From Octopus sinensis (Eukaryota), in the NCBI RefSeq assembly GCF_006345805.1, contig NC_043004.1, positions 62,496,001 to 62,560,000 of the forward strand: a stretch of 64,000 nucleotides of DNA, in the 5' to 3' direction. Position numbers and translations under genes: made by a program. The notes under the pieces are model-generated. The model was not told the DNA's origin, searched no databases, and saw only the letters and a program-made list of their open reading frames with translations. Below, piece by piece: positions 1 through 12,230 of the stretch (positions are counted from its first letter, which is position 1; every line of letters starts with the position of its first letter).

Positions 1-159
1 TTTGGATACATAACTCGTTAAACTTTATGAACAATTTGTGAGACTCCAATGCCCGTGGGCACATAAACGCCCATCAAACTGAAGCTAATTAACCGTTACG
101 GTCCCTTAATTTATAAGCAAAGGAATAATATACACTGCTTTAGCTTTAAACGGGACAAG

Positions 160-915
160 TTATTTCCCTCCACCGATCTGGTTAGAAAATCTTACGGACA
201 TAAAATGCGAACAGGAAACCGCCCTTAGACTGGTCTGCAAGAAATTATTACAAGACCAATCGAAAAATGGGGAATTCCACTCATGCACCAGGTAGCGATT
301 CACACTGTGCTGTGGGGCGTATATCTCATGTCTTGCATTTAATAGAGATATTGGTCCAGTGTGTTTAAATATCATTCCCCGCTCTGCTCTGCAAAGTTTC
401 TCCCATCCGCTCCCATTTGTGAAGGACACCGGCTACTCTATGATCTTAAGGCGCCACACGTAGCTGGCCAGGGCCGTGACGTAACATCTTTCCAGAACCT
501 CAACAGAGGATCTGTGGTTAGACAGGCACTGCTTAAACACAGTTACGAGAGACAGATATATATATCCGAAATTGCGTTCTGGTTGTGTTTACGCCTATGG
601 TGTATCTTCCGTTGGTTCTGGGTTTGGTGCTGTACTTGTAACCATAGAGCGTGTTACTAGAGAGCGTGGGTATACGGAGCTGTATATGAGGCTCTTGTGC
701 TATCCAGCCCTTGCAACCAGAAGAATAGCAGCGGCAGAATATACAACAAAATCCTATAACAATGGCAACGGCGGAAGTACCAATACCGACAACTTTGACT
801 CAATGCAGTGGCTCAACTGAAAACATTGTCGACCACATTGGCAACCGCGGAGGTGAGAGCGGCATCGTAAAATATTGGATATTCTTTATTCTGTGCTTCC
901 ATTAAACTAATTAAT
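160..915 (-). mobile_element. Degenerate Penelope-like element, C-terminal linker plus GIY-YIG endonuclease (Naiad-like)
   Basis: One minus frame reads CQCGRQC..VVY...YIYLSLVTVFKQCLSNHRSS..TALASYVWRLK..KLCRAERGMIFKHTGPISLLNARHEIY. This follows the PLE endonuclease pattern (CxC, VVY, YIG, FKxRxxNH, ELSKYIWxLK, CxLC..E..LLNxRxE). It has several stops. The track ORF 160..429 is its C-terminus. Confidence 0.6.
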
Positions 916-949
916 TACTATTATTATTGATATTATTATTATTATTATT

Positions 950-991
<42 letters not shown>

Positions 992-1020
992 TTCATCATC
1001 ATTATTTTTATTATTATTAT
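915..1020. repeat. (TAT)n/(CAT)n compound microsatellite, probable 3' tail or target of the R4/Dong element
   Basis: Directly visible trinucleotide arrays abutting the 3' end of the minus-strand element at 1021. Confidence 0.85.
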
Positions 1021-2290
1021 AGACGTCAAACTATACAATATCCTGAGGTTGTTGATTGAAGATAGTGTGTCTACCTGGGGTTTGTACAGTTTGTCAAGTC
1101 ACAACAAGGACCTGAGACACACAGCACTTTAGGCAATATGTATGCAATTCCAAGTAATACTGACTTTTGCATACATCTACAATGTAGGATATGTCTAAGT
1201 TTTTCAGATATATTTTTTTAACTTTTGGGTGGTATTGAACCCTATGCTCCGATGACAATAGGGATAACCTTTACGTTTGACTCATAGATGCCACATTTTA
1301 CATCTTTAGAGACCTCAATTCTCAGTTCTCCATATTCATCAACATTTTCTCTTTCTTTCATGATGATATCTTCATCTCCTGTCACCACTACGTTGATTAT
1401 TAGGCTCTCTTGGTTGTCTCTCCTAAAGGTTAGTATATTTTGCCTTCGGTGCTCTAACACATTGTCTGTCTGGAAGACAAAGTGTCAGAGGATTTTTGCC
1501 TTTCCTTTTTCGTCCATTAGCTTTTTCGGTATATGATTGTACCAAACACCCATAACCTCATATCCATACTTACGTCATATTAGCCAGTGGAGGTTTTGGG
1601 CTACTTTTTCCTGTCTACGCTTGTACTAATTCTGCGCAAGACTCTAAGAACACTAACAATGTGAGTCACGCTTTCGACCCGCTTCCCACACGTTCGGCAG
1701 ATATCCATTGCTATTGTGCTATATATTCTTTTTCACTGAGTTTGTATTCAATGCATAGTCCTAGGCTGCGATGATTAGGCTTTCAGTATTCTATTTTTAG
1801 GTCATCCCTGTCGAGCCACCTCCATGATGCTTCTTGGTTTTCAATATGTTGATTTCACAGTGGAACGGACCACGTAATTCCATGCGGAGTAGGATTTCTT
1901 CTCTCTCGTTGGCTGTTCTTGATCTCATTTCATGAGCACTCTCAAGTCGATTTGTGTTAACTACTTCTGTACTAGCAGCATACTGTAGCAGGTCTTGTTT
2001 GCTGTTTAACAAATATTCTGAAATATTTCTTCTGATATTTTTGATGCATTCCCTTACGCTAATCTGCCCACGTGCACCTTACCCATTTTTTATGAAGAGC
2101 GTGTGTATATTCGCCTTAGGATGGAGAGCACCATCCATTGTCATTGTCTTTCAAGTAGTGCGAACGAGTTGGTCAATCTCCGTTTGTATCCATTTCAGGA
2201 TGGGTGCACTTAACGGACTACACCAACAGCCCATATGTTGATTGCAGCCAAGGTTCTTTGAGCTGAGTTTGATACCAAGATTCTGAGATG
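1021..2290 (-). mobile_element. R4/Dong-type non-LTR retrotransposon, 3' part (RT thumb, zinc knuckle, RLE endonuclease), decayed
   Basis: Minus translation gives AINIWAVGVVR..GALHPKANIHTLFI..RGQISVRECI, then TESLIIAA.D.ALNTN..CRTCGKRVESVTHIVS..YKRRQEKVA.NLHW, then IINVVVTGDEDIIMKERENVDEY.ELRIE..VIPIVIGA. It has stops and frameshifts. Confidence 0.85.
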
Positions 2291-2592
2291 CTTCAATATG
2301 CAGTGTGTTTTATTTCTTTGTGTAAGATATTTTCTACCTATAGGATCCCAAGTTACTTGTGACCATCATCATCCGAGTCTTCCATTCTCTCTCCATTTGA
2401 CAATCCTACGCCCCTACAATTTACTCCTCCCCCACACCTCGCTTCAAAGTAAGCACCGCACACTTCGATTATTATTATTTTCATTGTTGTTGTTTTTGTA
2501 GCTGCTGATGTTGTTGTTGCCCTTTCTCTTACTGTTATTATTATTATCATTATTATTACATACACACATACGAACACACACACACATAAACT

Positions 2593-2911
2593 TTGGATTG
2601 AATGTACATGCATTCAATGCATCACTACGCGCTTTGCCACGAATCACATGTTCTTGAAGATCACACTCCGTATTCCTGGGATGATTACTGTTTAGTCAGT
2701 AGTATCCATATGTATTGGATAGATCACTTTCATGGATTCAATTCAGGTAATATAACATTAATGGGTGTCCAGCAGAGGGATGTTTATCTCCTTTTACTAA
2801 CTCGAAGTTTGGTTGAGGCACGACTTAACCAACAGTTTCTGATCTTAAGAGACATATGACTCGTGGAAAACCGCGTAGTGCTGCATTAAACGTTTATAAA
2901 TTACGTCCAAG
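2593..2911. mobile_element. MITE-like segment with degenerate ~65-bp terminal inverted repeats
   Basis: The reverse complement of 2601-2662 (gatcttcaagaacatgtgattcgtggcaaagcgcgtagtgatgcattgaa) aligns with 2841-2890 (gatcttaagagacatatgactcgtggaaaaccgcgtagtgctgcattaaa). Confidence 0.5.
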
Positions 2912-3190
2912 GATTATTGTTATTTTCCCTATATTCATCCTAAAACTATTTCACCACTCAACATCATTAGAGAGTAGCCGACATAGGAAGTTTATTTACA
3001 TAAGTAAAATGTTTCCTGTAAACATTCATAAATATGGTATTTTTAAGTAGAACGCGTCCTGGACAGATATTACCTATGATTGAAAACCCGGCCAACTTGT
3101 CTATCGATGATTTATAAGCTTTAATTATAATAGATAAAATGCCGTGTTAATTTCATACTGTCTAGAGTAAGTATATATAGCATATCTCTA

Positions 3191-3380
3191 TGTGTGTGTG
3201 TGTGTGTGTTTATCTCCCTGTCTCTATGTGTCTGTGTTTGTGCTCGAGTACCTGCCTGTGTTCATGTGTTTATCTCCCTGTCTCTATGTGTGTGTGTGTG
3301 TGTGTCAGTGTATGAGCGTGTGTGTGTGTGTGTGTGTGTGTGTCAGTGTATGAGCGTGTGTGTGATGAGTGTGTGTGATG
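3191..3380. repeat. (TG)n microsatellite with embedded duplicated motifs
   Basis: gtgtttatctccctgtctctatgtg occurs twice and tgtcagtgtatgagcgtgtg occurs twice within TG runs. Confidence 0.85.
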
Positions 3381-3585
3381 ACAAAAGCTTACTCATCTTG
3401 TGCCACGTAATTTTCACAAACATGTGTTTTGCATTGCTAGGGAATGCTCTCATAAATTATCATGGTTTTGCGGAGTACGATGTGCGGAATGACGACTATA
3501 CTGGCTCTGTCAGTAGTGAGCGAGAGGAAAAGCATGGACGTTCTACTATATGCGCTTAATATATTTGAAGAATGCAAGAGTAATT

Positions 3586-3677
3586 GAGACTACTGCCATT
3601 TAGAGAGACTACTGCCATTTAGAGAGACTACTGCCATTTAGAGAGACTACTGCCATTTAGAGAGACTACTGCCATTT
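3586..3677. repeat. 19-bp minisatellite, about 5 copies
   Basis: Perfect head-to-tail unit agagactactgccatttag. Confidence 0.95.
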
Positions 3678-4039
3678 TCGAGTTTCTCCATTGTACAGTA
3701 ATGTAGAAGAAAGATCACTTTATGACATAAAGATAAGGAAAGTAGCTTTTCGTTTGATCGATGAAGGATAACCAGTGAGGCAATTAAATTACGTAGCTGA
3801 CTAAGATATGGGCTATCCACTCGAATTGTTCATTTCGTAATACAGTAAGTTGTTATACTCCATTGATTACATGTTTGTATCATTTGATAGTGTAAGAAAA
3901 ACCAAGGACGTGTACTTAAAGGAGGAATCTAATTAGATATTAAACTTTTTGAAAAGCTTATGAAATTCACGGTAACGATTAATTGCAAAATTATAAAGGA
4001 ATCGAATAATAATGAACGGCAAAAAGGCCAGACTTGTTA

Positions 4040-4330
4040 TACGAAGTGGTATCACTGGTGACGAATTTTCAGTGAAACAGTAAGAGAAATATTTTGGTAA
4101 ATATTGGCGTCTGTATGAAGCAGTCATCGACATGGATGGGGAAGGCCTTTGACTGGTCCCGCAATCGAAGATAGTACAGTCAGGGAGTGTATGACGGAAC
4201 ATACGTTTTCATATGGGCACTTGTGTGCAGTGCGTGTCATTTGCACAAGTGGGATCCAGAAACCGGGATTCATGAGATTGACAACGAACCTTGTGGTGTT
4301 GGGTGTTTTTCATGAAAATTCACATCAACT
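4040..4330 (-). mobile_element. Possible highly decayed PLE reverse-transcriptase core fragment
   Basis: Frameshifted minus frames give RFLDPTCAN (resembles GSVLGPTFAN) followed by LYYL..HVDDCFI (resembles YxRYVDDIF). The match is weak. Confidence 0.3.
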
Positions 4331-4660
4331 GTTTTGTGAAATCCTCAGCGCACCTGATTAAAGCCATGTATCAAAGCGACAGAGATTGTGTGTGTGTGTG
4401 AGAGAGAAAGAATGAGAGAGTGAGAGAGAAAATGAGAGTGTGTGTGAGAGAGAGAGAGAGAAAGAGTGAGACATACGTACATAGATATGAATCCTTCAAT
4501 ATTTTCCCATGAAATGAATCAAGAAAGAACTTTTTCAATTATTGTTTGCTTACGAAAGCAAGTCTTAATATATTCAGAGGAATTGTAATAAAAGGAAAGG
4601 TAAAACCAAAGAACATAGGAAAATGTAGAGAAAATGTTGTATTAATATTTATATATCATT

Positions 4661-5040
4661 ACTACCAGTATAGCCCGGCTTTGCTCGGGATTAAGTTAGG
4701 ATTATTAAGCTAAACAAGCTCGTTATTTCAAAGCAAACTAAGTAACATCGACGTCAAATTTGAGTGAAATCCGTTGAAATTGGTAAACTTTTGGCTGCAA
4801 TTTTTCAGACAATTTGATTGGGAAATCCCATAAGGAATCGGTTTTTTCAACTCATCGATTATTTTTTTCTTTTCTTTTCTTTTTTTCGTGTAACCCCACA
4901 TTGCCCATGGGATGAGGACCCTTCCAGCAAGGAAAATAGAACGCCCAAAAGGGCCCCCGATCCTCTGTGAGAGAAGCGATTATGTTCAGATTACAACTAA
5001 GTATATATGGGCAACACACTCACACATACAAACATATACA
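4661..5040 (+). mobile_element. Non-autonomous Helitron/Helentron-type element, 5' end clear and 3' end uncertain
   Basis: It starts actaccagtatagcccggctttgctcggg, matching the start of the element at 33289 (actagcagtatcgcccagcgttgctctg), and has a subterminal cccg..cggg hairpin. Confidence 0.45.
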
Positions 5041-5362
5041 TACATATACCTATTGCATACGTGTCTTTGCACGCCTTTGCTCCTGCCACTGTCCCACTAC
5101 CACCTCCTACCCGAGTAATACCATCAATTGAAGCAAATTTGGCACCCGGAAGTAAGTTTTGTAACCAGAATAGAGAAGCCTACATTCTCCCGCAGAGATG
5201 TGAAAGTCATATCTCTCCTTTCGAAAAGATGAACAGTTTCGGAACATTGTTTACAAAATAATTTTCACGCACGACCAGCTATATATCGCTATGTGTAGAG
5301 CAACGGATTCAGTTAATTTGGAAATTAGTTGTGGACAAACGGAGAATATGTTTATGTTGCCC

Positions 5363-5363
<1 letters not shown>

Positions 5364-5447
<84 letters not shown>

Positions 5448-5458
5448 ATATATATATA

Positions 5459-5525
<67 letters not shown>

Positions 5526-5630
5526 TGCATGCATGTGTTTTTTACGCATATATGTGTGACTGAAACCATTCACAAATACATACATACATACATACATACA
5601 TACATACATACATACATACATACATACATA
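5364..5630. repeat. (TA)n followed by (TACA)n microsatellites
   Basis: Directly visible. Confidence 0.95.
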
Positions 5631-7299
5631 AAACCACCTGGATGTCTTATTGCCAGTAAAAAGACGAAATTTTGAAATTCTGCTATCTCTCTCTCTCTCT
5701 CTTTCTCTCCCTCTCCCTCCCTCTCTTTACACCGTCGCTAGGAGGGGACTTAATTCATGTTTGCTTTGTAAACAGTGGTATGTTTCGCATCTGTAAAAAT
5801 TTTGGAGTTATGGCTCAAAATTATTTACCGCTATTCGCGGGTGCCTCGGGGATAAATACAGCTAGGATCGTGACGAATGTCCTCCTAAAATTTGAGCGAC
5901 ATGCGTGCTAATTTGTGGATGTGCATAAACTACAATCACGTACACACACACACCCACACACACATTCTGACATATATATAAACAGATTATTAATAATGTT
6001 ATTATTGGCAGAAGGATGTTGAAGAAGAGAGAAAGAAAAAGGAAAAGTATAAGAGAACAGAAACTAAAACGAAAGTGACGTTTCAGTATAGGAGGAGTAA
6101 AACAGAAACTAGAGAATTTTCCATCATATATGGGGGCTATTCTCAACCAGTTTTATTGGCGCAAAGAATTTTCGTGCACGAATCTATTTGATGAACATGC
6201 AGATGTTTTCAATGATGGCTTGAAGAATACAATCCAGAGATGTGATTTAACGTATTTTTTCGTCTTGGATGGTACAAAATTTAGTCAAATTTCATTCTCT
6301 CTTGTTTCGCTTACAGATTTTTTAAAAAGTGTAACAGCTTTATAGATAGAAATATCTGAGGCTAGATAATTTCAGCTCTAGTGTGCCTGCAGTAATTCTA
6401 AAGCTTTGATTTGTGTATCTTTAAGGACGGCAGTTAGTTTTTATTTCAGACACGCACACTCACACATATATTTACAACACGTGATTAAATATGTATGTAT
6501 GTAGTTTTCATATTCATTTATCGACATTTATTAAAATTTATACATACTATCACACAGATATTCACACACACACAATAACATATCTTGGCATACTAATGTT
6601 TTTGAAGCAATTTAATTGATTACATTCACCCATTTAAAATTATATGGCTGTTTTCAATTCAATAGTCGAATTCCCTTCATTAGAAAAGGACAGCCTCGAC
6701 ACAGGCAAAAAATTAGATTTACGCCCTTAGAACTTTTACTGTTTCCTTTATGTCACCATTTAATTGCCTTCATCTAACTTTATTTACTGTTTTAATCACC
6801 AATTTCTAGGACTTTTCAATCTATACGATCAATATTCTAGTTTTGACTACGAGGATCAAACGGATACTTACTGACTTTACATATGTTCATTCACCATTTA
6901 ATAGATTTATTGGTTGATTTTATAATTTCTATTTATTTATTTAGTCAAATCATTTTATTACTTCGACATTTAATTTATTTATCTTATCTGTTTACTTGGT
7001 CTAATAATGTTCCCTCCTTTCATTTGTCTCTTGAAAACATTTTCTTGGTAACTGTATTACTTTCACGCCCTTAATTGGTTTAGCGTGTACTTTCTACCGT
7101 AAGAATCGTAGCCAATATTTTCTATACTAGAATATAATTTGGTAAAGATCCGTTTCTCATAGTACTCCCAACTCGCGTACTCATAGCAACAGATATCAAT
7201 TCATGATATACTGAGCAGTAAATTGACCGATCAGGACGAAATTCATTTAAAGCTTTAACAGACTTTCGTTTGAATAACTCTTCCTTAGTTCAGTATACA

Positions 7300-7970
7300 T
7301 CTACAGAAACCATAGTAACTGCTGAGCCTCAGAACCACTTGGTTCGTCTAACAACAATGCATCCTATTCAGGCAATTATCAAAGACGATCGCGCTTAAGC
7401 TTCTTCTCAATTGACATTTACTTAAGCCCCACCGATTACCTCTTTCAATCCATACTGAAGAGTGTTCAACAGGATCTTCATTGCTTTTCTTCTGCATGCT
7501 CTGGAAATATCTAAGCAACTGACTGCCAACCTACCCTCCATACGCTGCAAAACAGTTGTTCTTCGCCCATTCTTGCAGAAATTCTCTACCGACGCCAGGA
7601 ACTTGATTCTAATCTTCTTTTGAGGCTACTCCATCTTCTCTTAGGATACCGTCATATTCAGCCGCTGCTTTCCTGCCTTAGCAAGATAATATCTTGTCTA
7701 AACAAGTTCTGCGAGATGTGCGTTGGAACCGTTATCTATTTCTGCAGATCAACTTCTACCACGCAGTCACGTTATTTGGAGATACGAACCCTGATCTGTT
7801 TGTGTGTATTTTAATTTGTCTCTATCACTCTTTGATAAATGGTACACTTATGGCATAAATGCTGTCATTTTTACTATCTCTGTTCTCACAGTTTCTCTCA
7901 GAAATGATGATATTGGTGACATGACTGGGATTCCAACGATAGTCTCTTCACATCAGACCTTGGGTTAACC
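7300..7970 (-). mobile_element. Possible decayed PLE GIY-YIG fragment (Poseidon/Neptune-like)
   Basis: Frameshifted minus frames give KNDSIYAIS.. then IETN..KQIRVRISK.., resembling IYAIPC..YIGET.R.L.VRI.EH. It has many stops. Confidence 0.35.
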
Positions 7971-8168
7971 AGTTAAAATAAATGTACTCTGCTTAAATAT
8001 GCCAGCGTTGGAACAGAGTTGACGTATTGTGTGTACCTTGAGCCCCTATGTACATATGATACATGGGAAGGATCCTTAAACTTTAGCTGAGCTAGGCTAC
8101 ATTTTAAACGTGATATATTATGTGCATGCACACTCAATTGAATATACACACAAACATCTACGTATAAT

Positions 8169-8553
8169 GGGAATGAAAGCACTCCGTCGGTTATGACGAC
8201 GAGGGTCCCAGTTGATCAACGGAACAGCCTGCTCGTGAAATTAACGTGTAAGTGACTGAGCACTCCACAGACACGTGTACGCTTAACGTAGTGCTCGGGG
8301 ATATTCAGACGTGACACAGAGAGTGACAAGGCCAGCCCTTTGAAATACAGGTACAACAGAAACAAGAAGTAAGAGTGAGAGAAAGTTGTGGTGAAAGAGT
8401 ACAGCAGGGATCACCACCATCCCCTGCCGGAGCCTCGTGGAGCTTTAGGTGTTTTCGCTCAATAAACACTCACAACGCCCGGTCTGGGAATCGAAACCGC
8501 GATCCTATGACCGCGAGTTCGCTGCCCTAACCACTGGGCCATTGCGCCTCCAC
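8169..8553 (-). mobile_element. Full-length tRNA-derived SINE (family B)
   Basis: The head ggaggcgcaatggcccagtggttaggg..ggtttcgattccc has pol III A and B boxes. The 3' end has a cgtc-stem hairpin. An 11-bp TSD ctacgtataat lies at 8158-8168 and 8554-8564. Confidence 0.92.
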
Positions 8554-8591
8554 CTACGTATAATATAGACATACCTATTGCATACAGACAC

Positions 8592-8631
<40 letters not shown>

Positions 8632-9416
8632 TTCGAAACGTAGAGTAGATGAAACCTTAGCGACTGAAGAAGGGGTTTTTTTCGTTGTGTTAACTGTCCT
8701 GTACTCCATTTTTTGTTGTTTTAAAAAAAAATGTCCAGTTCCCTTGGTTTGTGTCTATGTTTTCGTTTCTCTATGTGTTCGACGTCCCTTTGGTGTCCTG
8801 TACTCATATATGCATGTATACGTACATGTAGAGGTAGGTACGTACATATATGTTTATATATATGCATATGTTTATTTCTTTTATTAATATAATATATATA
8901 TATATATACGTATACATATACACACTCACACTCGGATTTACAAGAATCTAATGATTCAATAATGGACACGAATAATTATGTATGTATGATCATTTTCTCA
9001 ATAAGCAATGTTATAGTTAGAAAAATAGCGTCGTTTAGCGAAGATAAATTTTGGAGACAGACGCAAAATTGTTTCTAGGAGTGTTGAATCTTTAAATCGA
9101 ACACGCACCTGAAATAAATACAAGATATTAATTAATTCGAAATTTCAGATTTTTCAATGTAATAAAACAGTTTTGAATTTTAACATGTTGTTGAGGCAAC
9201 AGACAGGATTTAATCATAATTCGTTTTATCTTGCAAGAATATTTAGGTACAATATATTAGGTTAGACTTCAAAATTATACGTTTCAACATAGGTGGAAAC
9301 AGTGAGACAGATTATAGATATCAAAATTACAATGTAGGAAAACATCTCGAAGGATTCTTTTACCGTAAAATCATATTACTCGAATCACCATGTAACTTAT
9401 ATTAAGGTATGAACGT

Positions 9417-9648
9417 TGGCGGTGAGCTGGCAGAAACGTTAGCATGCCGGGCAGATTGCGTAGCCGTATTTTGTCTGCTATTAGGTTCTGAGTTCAAATT
9501 CCGCCGAGGTTGACTTTGCCTTTCATCTTTTCAGGGTGGATTAAATATGTACCAGTTACGCACTGGGGTCGATGTATTCGACTTAATCCGTCAGTCTGTC
9601 CTTGTTTGTCCGCTCTGTGTTTAGCCCCTTGTGAGTAGTAAATAAATT
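9417..9648 (+). mobile_element. SINE (family C), full length
   Basis: ggcggtgagctggcag..ctgagttcaaattcc..gcctttcatc..ggggtcgat. An 11-bp TSD ggtatgaacgt lies at 9406-9416 and 9649-9659. Homologs occur at 34712 and 61696. Confidence 0.9.
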
Positions 9649-10419
9649 GGTATGAACGTCTAATAAAAGGAAGGAAAGTACCTTCTTTTAATTCTAATTT
9701 TAACACAGAAGTTATGACTTCAATCGTAACTTAATGACAACTTTTCACAAAGAACGAGAGGCAATGCATGACAAATGGAAATCCGGTTATAACAATATCG
9801 TAAGGTATGTTTGCCTATGTGAGAGAAGGGAATAAATAATGAGAATGTAGAATTAAGACAAGTTAAAATGATAGTGGAATAACGGAGTAGAGAGGGGAAG
9901 GGAAGAGATCATATAAAACCCCTTATAAGATATGCACAATAAGCAGAAATATTACAAAATGCGAATAGTGTTAGAATGACACATATAAAGGAGAGAATTA
10001 GACATGCCGACATAGTACATATAAACCTCATACCACACACGCAAATATATATATATATTCACACAACTGTATTTCTCTTACTGTTTGAGTACGTGAGTGT
10101 TCGTGTGCGTGTGTGTGTGTGTCCAGAATTACATTATTCCATTTCGAACATACATATTATATTTAGGGCATAAGCCCCGTCAAAGATCATGACAAGATGA
10201 AGGAAAATTATAGGAAGTCATATATATTTTTTTCATTATCCTATAGAGACATATTGATTATTAGATTTTTATAAATGTTGCCAATTGAGGAATTTCTTTT
10301 CGAAACTTTCTTTTATAATGCTAATGCAGGAACGGAAGAGACGATAAAAATTTACTATGAGGATTCAAGGCTTACCGCACATAAAAGAACAGTCTAATTT
10401 CAAAAAGATGTGTTTATAT

Positions 10420-10685
10420 GCGTGCATATAATACATGGATACGTATGTATGCATGTATGAATGTATATATGTATATGTGTTTGCATGCATGAATATGTGT
10501 ATGTATGTACGCATGTGTGTATGTTTGTATGCGTGTATATATGTATGCATGTATGTATGTATGTATGTATATATGTATGGTCATATGTATGTATATATGC
10601 ATGTATTTATGTATGTATGCATGTATGTATGTATGCATGTATGAATGTATATATGTATGTATATATGTATGCATGAATGCATGTA
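10420..10685. repeat. Degenerate (ATGT)n/(ATGC) microsatellite
   Basis: Directly visible. Confidence 0.9.
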
Positions 10686-11175
10686 AGAATGTGTCTGATT
10701 TCAAAACTGAATGTTTTTAAATTTCCAATAAACCAAAGGACGAATTTGTTTATTTTTTAAACTCTTTATGACGTAAATTCTGTCGGATTGCAATTAGTTT
10801 TCCTTCACGTAGGAAGGTGTATCGCTAAAGTATACCAGCATGCATATCTCACGTGCGCACACACGTACACACATGCATAAACATGCACTCAAATAGCTGC
10901 TTTTATATCCGATTAATATTTAAATGTCGGTGAAAAGTGTTTTCAACACAATAGTGTTTTCAAGAGATTAATAATATATATTTTACTTTGGTCGCATCAA
11001 TCACTTTCTAGTCGTAACTTAACTGAAGATCTTGTACTTGGATATGTAAAATTTTAAATTGGAGTCTGACTCGAAAAAAATGTAATGTATAACGAATATT
11101 AAAATACAAATACATGCGCACACTCACACTCACGCAAACACACACATATGAATTTGTATAAGCATCTTGGGTCAA

Positions 11176-11485
11176 CATGGGAAGCACTCCGTCGGTTACG
11201 ACGACGAGGGTTCCGGTTGATCCGATCAACGGAACAGCCTGCTCGTGAAATTAACGTGTAAGTGGCTGAGCACTCCACAGACATGTGTACCCTTAACGTA
11301 GTTCTCGGGGATATTCAGCGTGACACAGAGAGTGACAAGGCCGGCCCTTTGAAATACAGGTACAACAGAAACAAGAAGTAAGAGTGAGAGAAAGTTGTGG
11401 TGAAAGAGTACAGCAGGGATCACCACCATCCCTGCTGGAGCCTCGTGGAGCTTTAGGTGTTTTCGCTCAATAAACACTCACCTCC
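11176..11485 (-). mobile_element. 5'-truncated family B SINE
   Basis: Near-identical to 8169-8480 but lacks the tRNA head. An 8-bp TSD tgggtcaa lies at 11168-11175 and 11486-11493. Confidence 0.9.
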
Positions 11486-11529
11486 TGGGTCAATATAATT
11501 CCACACTGGAAAGACTTCGCTAAAATGTG

Positions 11530-12230
11530 ACTGGATGTGCTGAGCTGCCTATATTGCAAGAGATAAAGTTCAAAACTCTTAATGCTTTAAACGAGAAATA
11601 TATAATACTGACGTGTGAGTTAACCGCCCCATGAAGGTCTTAAAATATAGATAACACTACCCTTAAACAACCACAAAATGTGGTGGACGCTCTATTCCAT
11701 GTTACACACACCCATTCGCACTAAACGTTAAGAACTTAGCTAAATCATTTTTTAATATATAGGACTCCAACTTACCCCGTCAACATAAATATTACTCTTT
11801 TTTAAATAGATCTACCTTAAAACTATCCTATTATTCTTCACCCACCTTTGAGCATCCAAGAAACGAAACCTATATTTTAGTCCACAACAGAAACCCTACC
11901 AATCCCATTAACACTAACCAAAATACTACTAACTCAACTTCCACTACTACAACATTGGCATTACATGTTAATGACTAAGGAAAGGAATGTTGAATTTAAA
12001 ATATCATGGGCTATCCTTGCGCATGCCTCCCCTTATAGAATTTGGTCCACTAGATGCGGTTTATGCATAAGGAAGGCATATACTATATTGAAAAATTACA
12101 ACAACGCAGTGTTAACTAGGTTCATTGATGCAATACCGGCGTGTACGCATAAGATCCCACGACGTTCCATAGGAAATTTAGAAATAGAAATAGCAATAAA
12201 AGTTAGAGCTAAGCAATAACAATTGAATTA
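11530..12230 (+). mobile_element. Decayed Naiad-like PLE fragment (linker and endonuclease C-terminus, core deleted)
   Basis: It encodes ..SNLPRQHKYYS.FNRSTLKLSY.. and KERNVEFKISWAILAHASPY..RCGLC..AYTILK (track ORF 11965..12219). Confidence 0.7.

Noticed and set aside
361-820. Plus-strand ORFs 361..660 and 572..820
   Set aside because: They are the opposite strand of the PLE endonuclease remnant and have no recognisable motifs.
3586-3677. CRISPR-like array
   Set aside because: There are no spacers, and the context is eukaryotic.
5291-5675. IYIYIY/CVCVCV/HTHT ORFs here and throughout the track
   Set aside because: These are read-throughs of stop-free dinucleotide and tetranucleotide repeats.
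8470-8553. tRNA-like sequence (also at 58770-58848)
   Set aside because: It continues into a SINE body and tail with a TSD, so it is a SINE head and not a tRNA gene.
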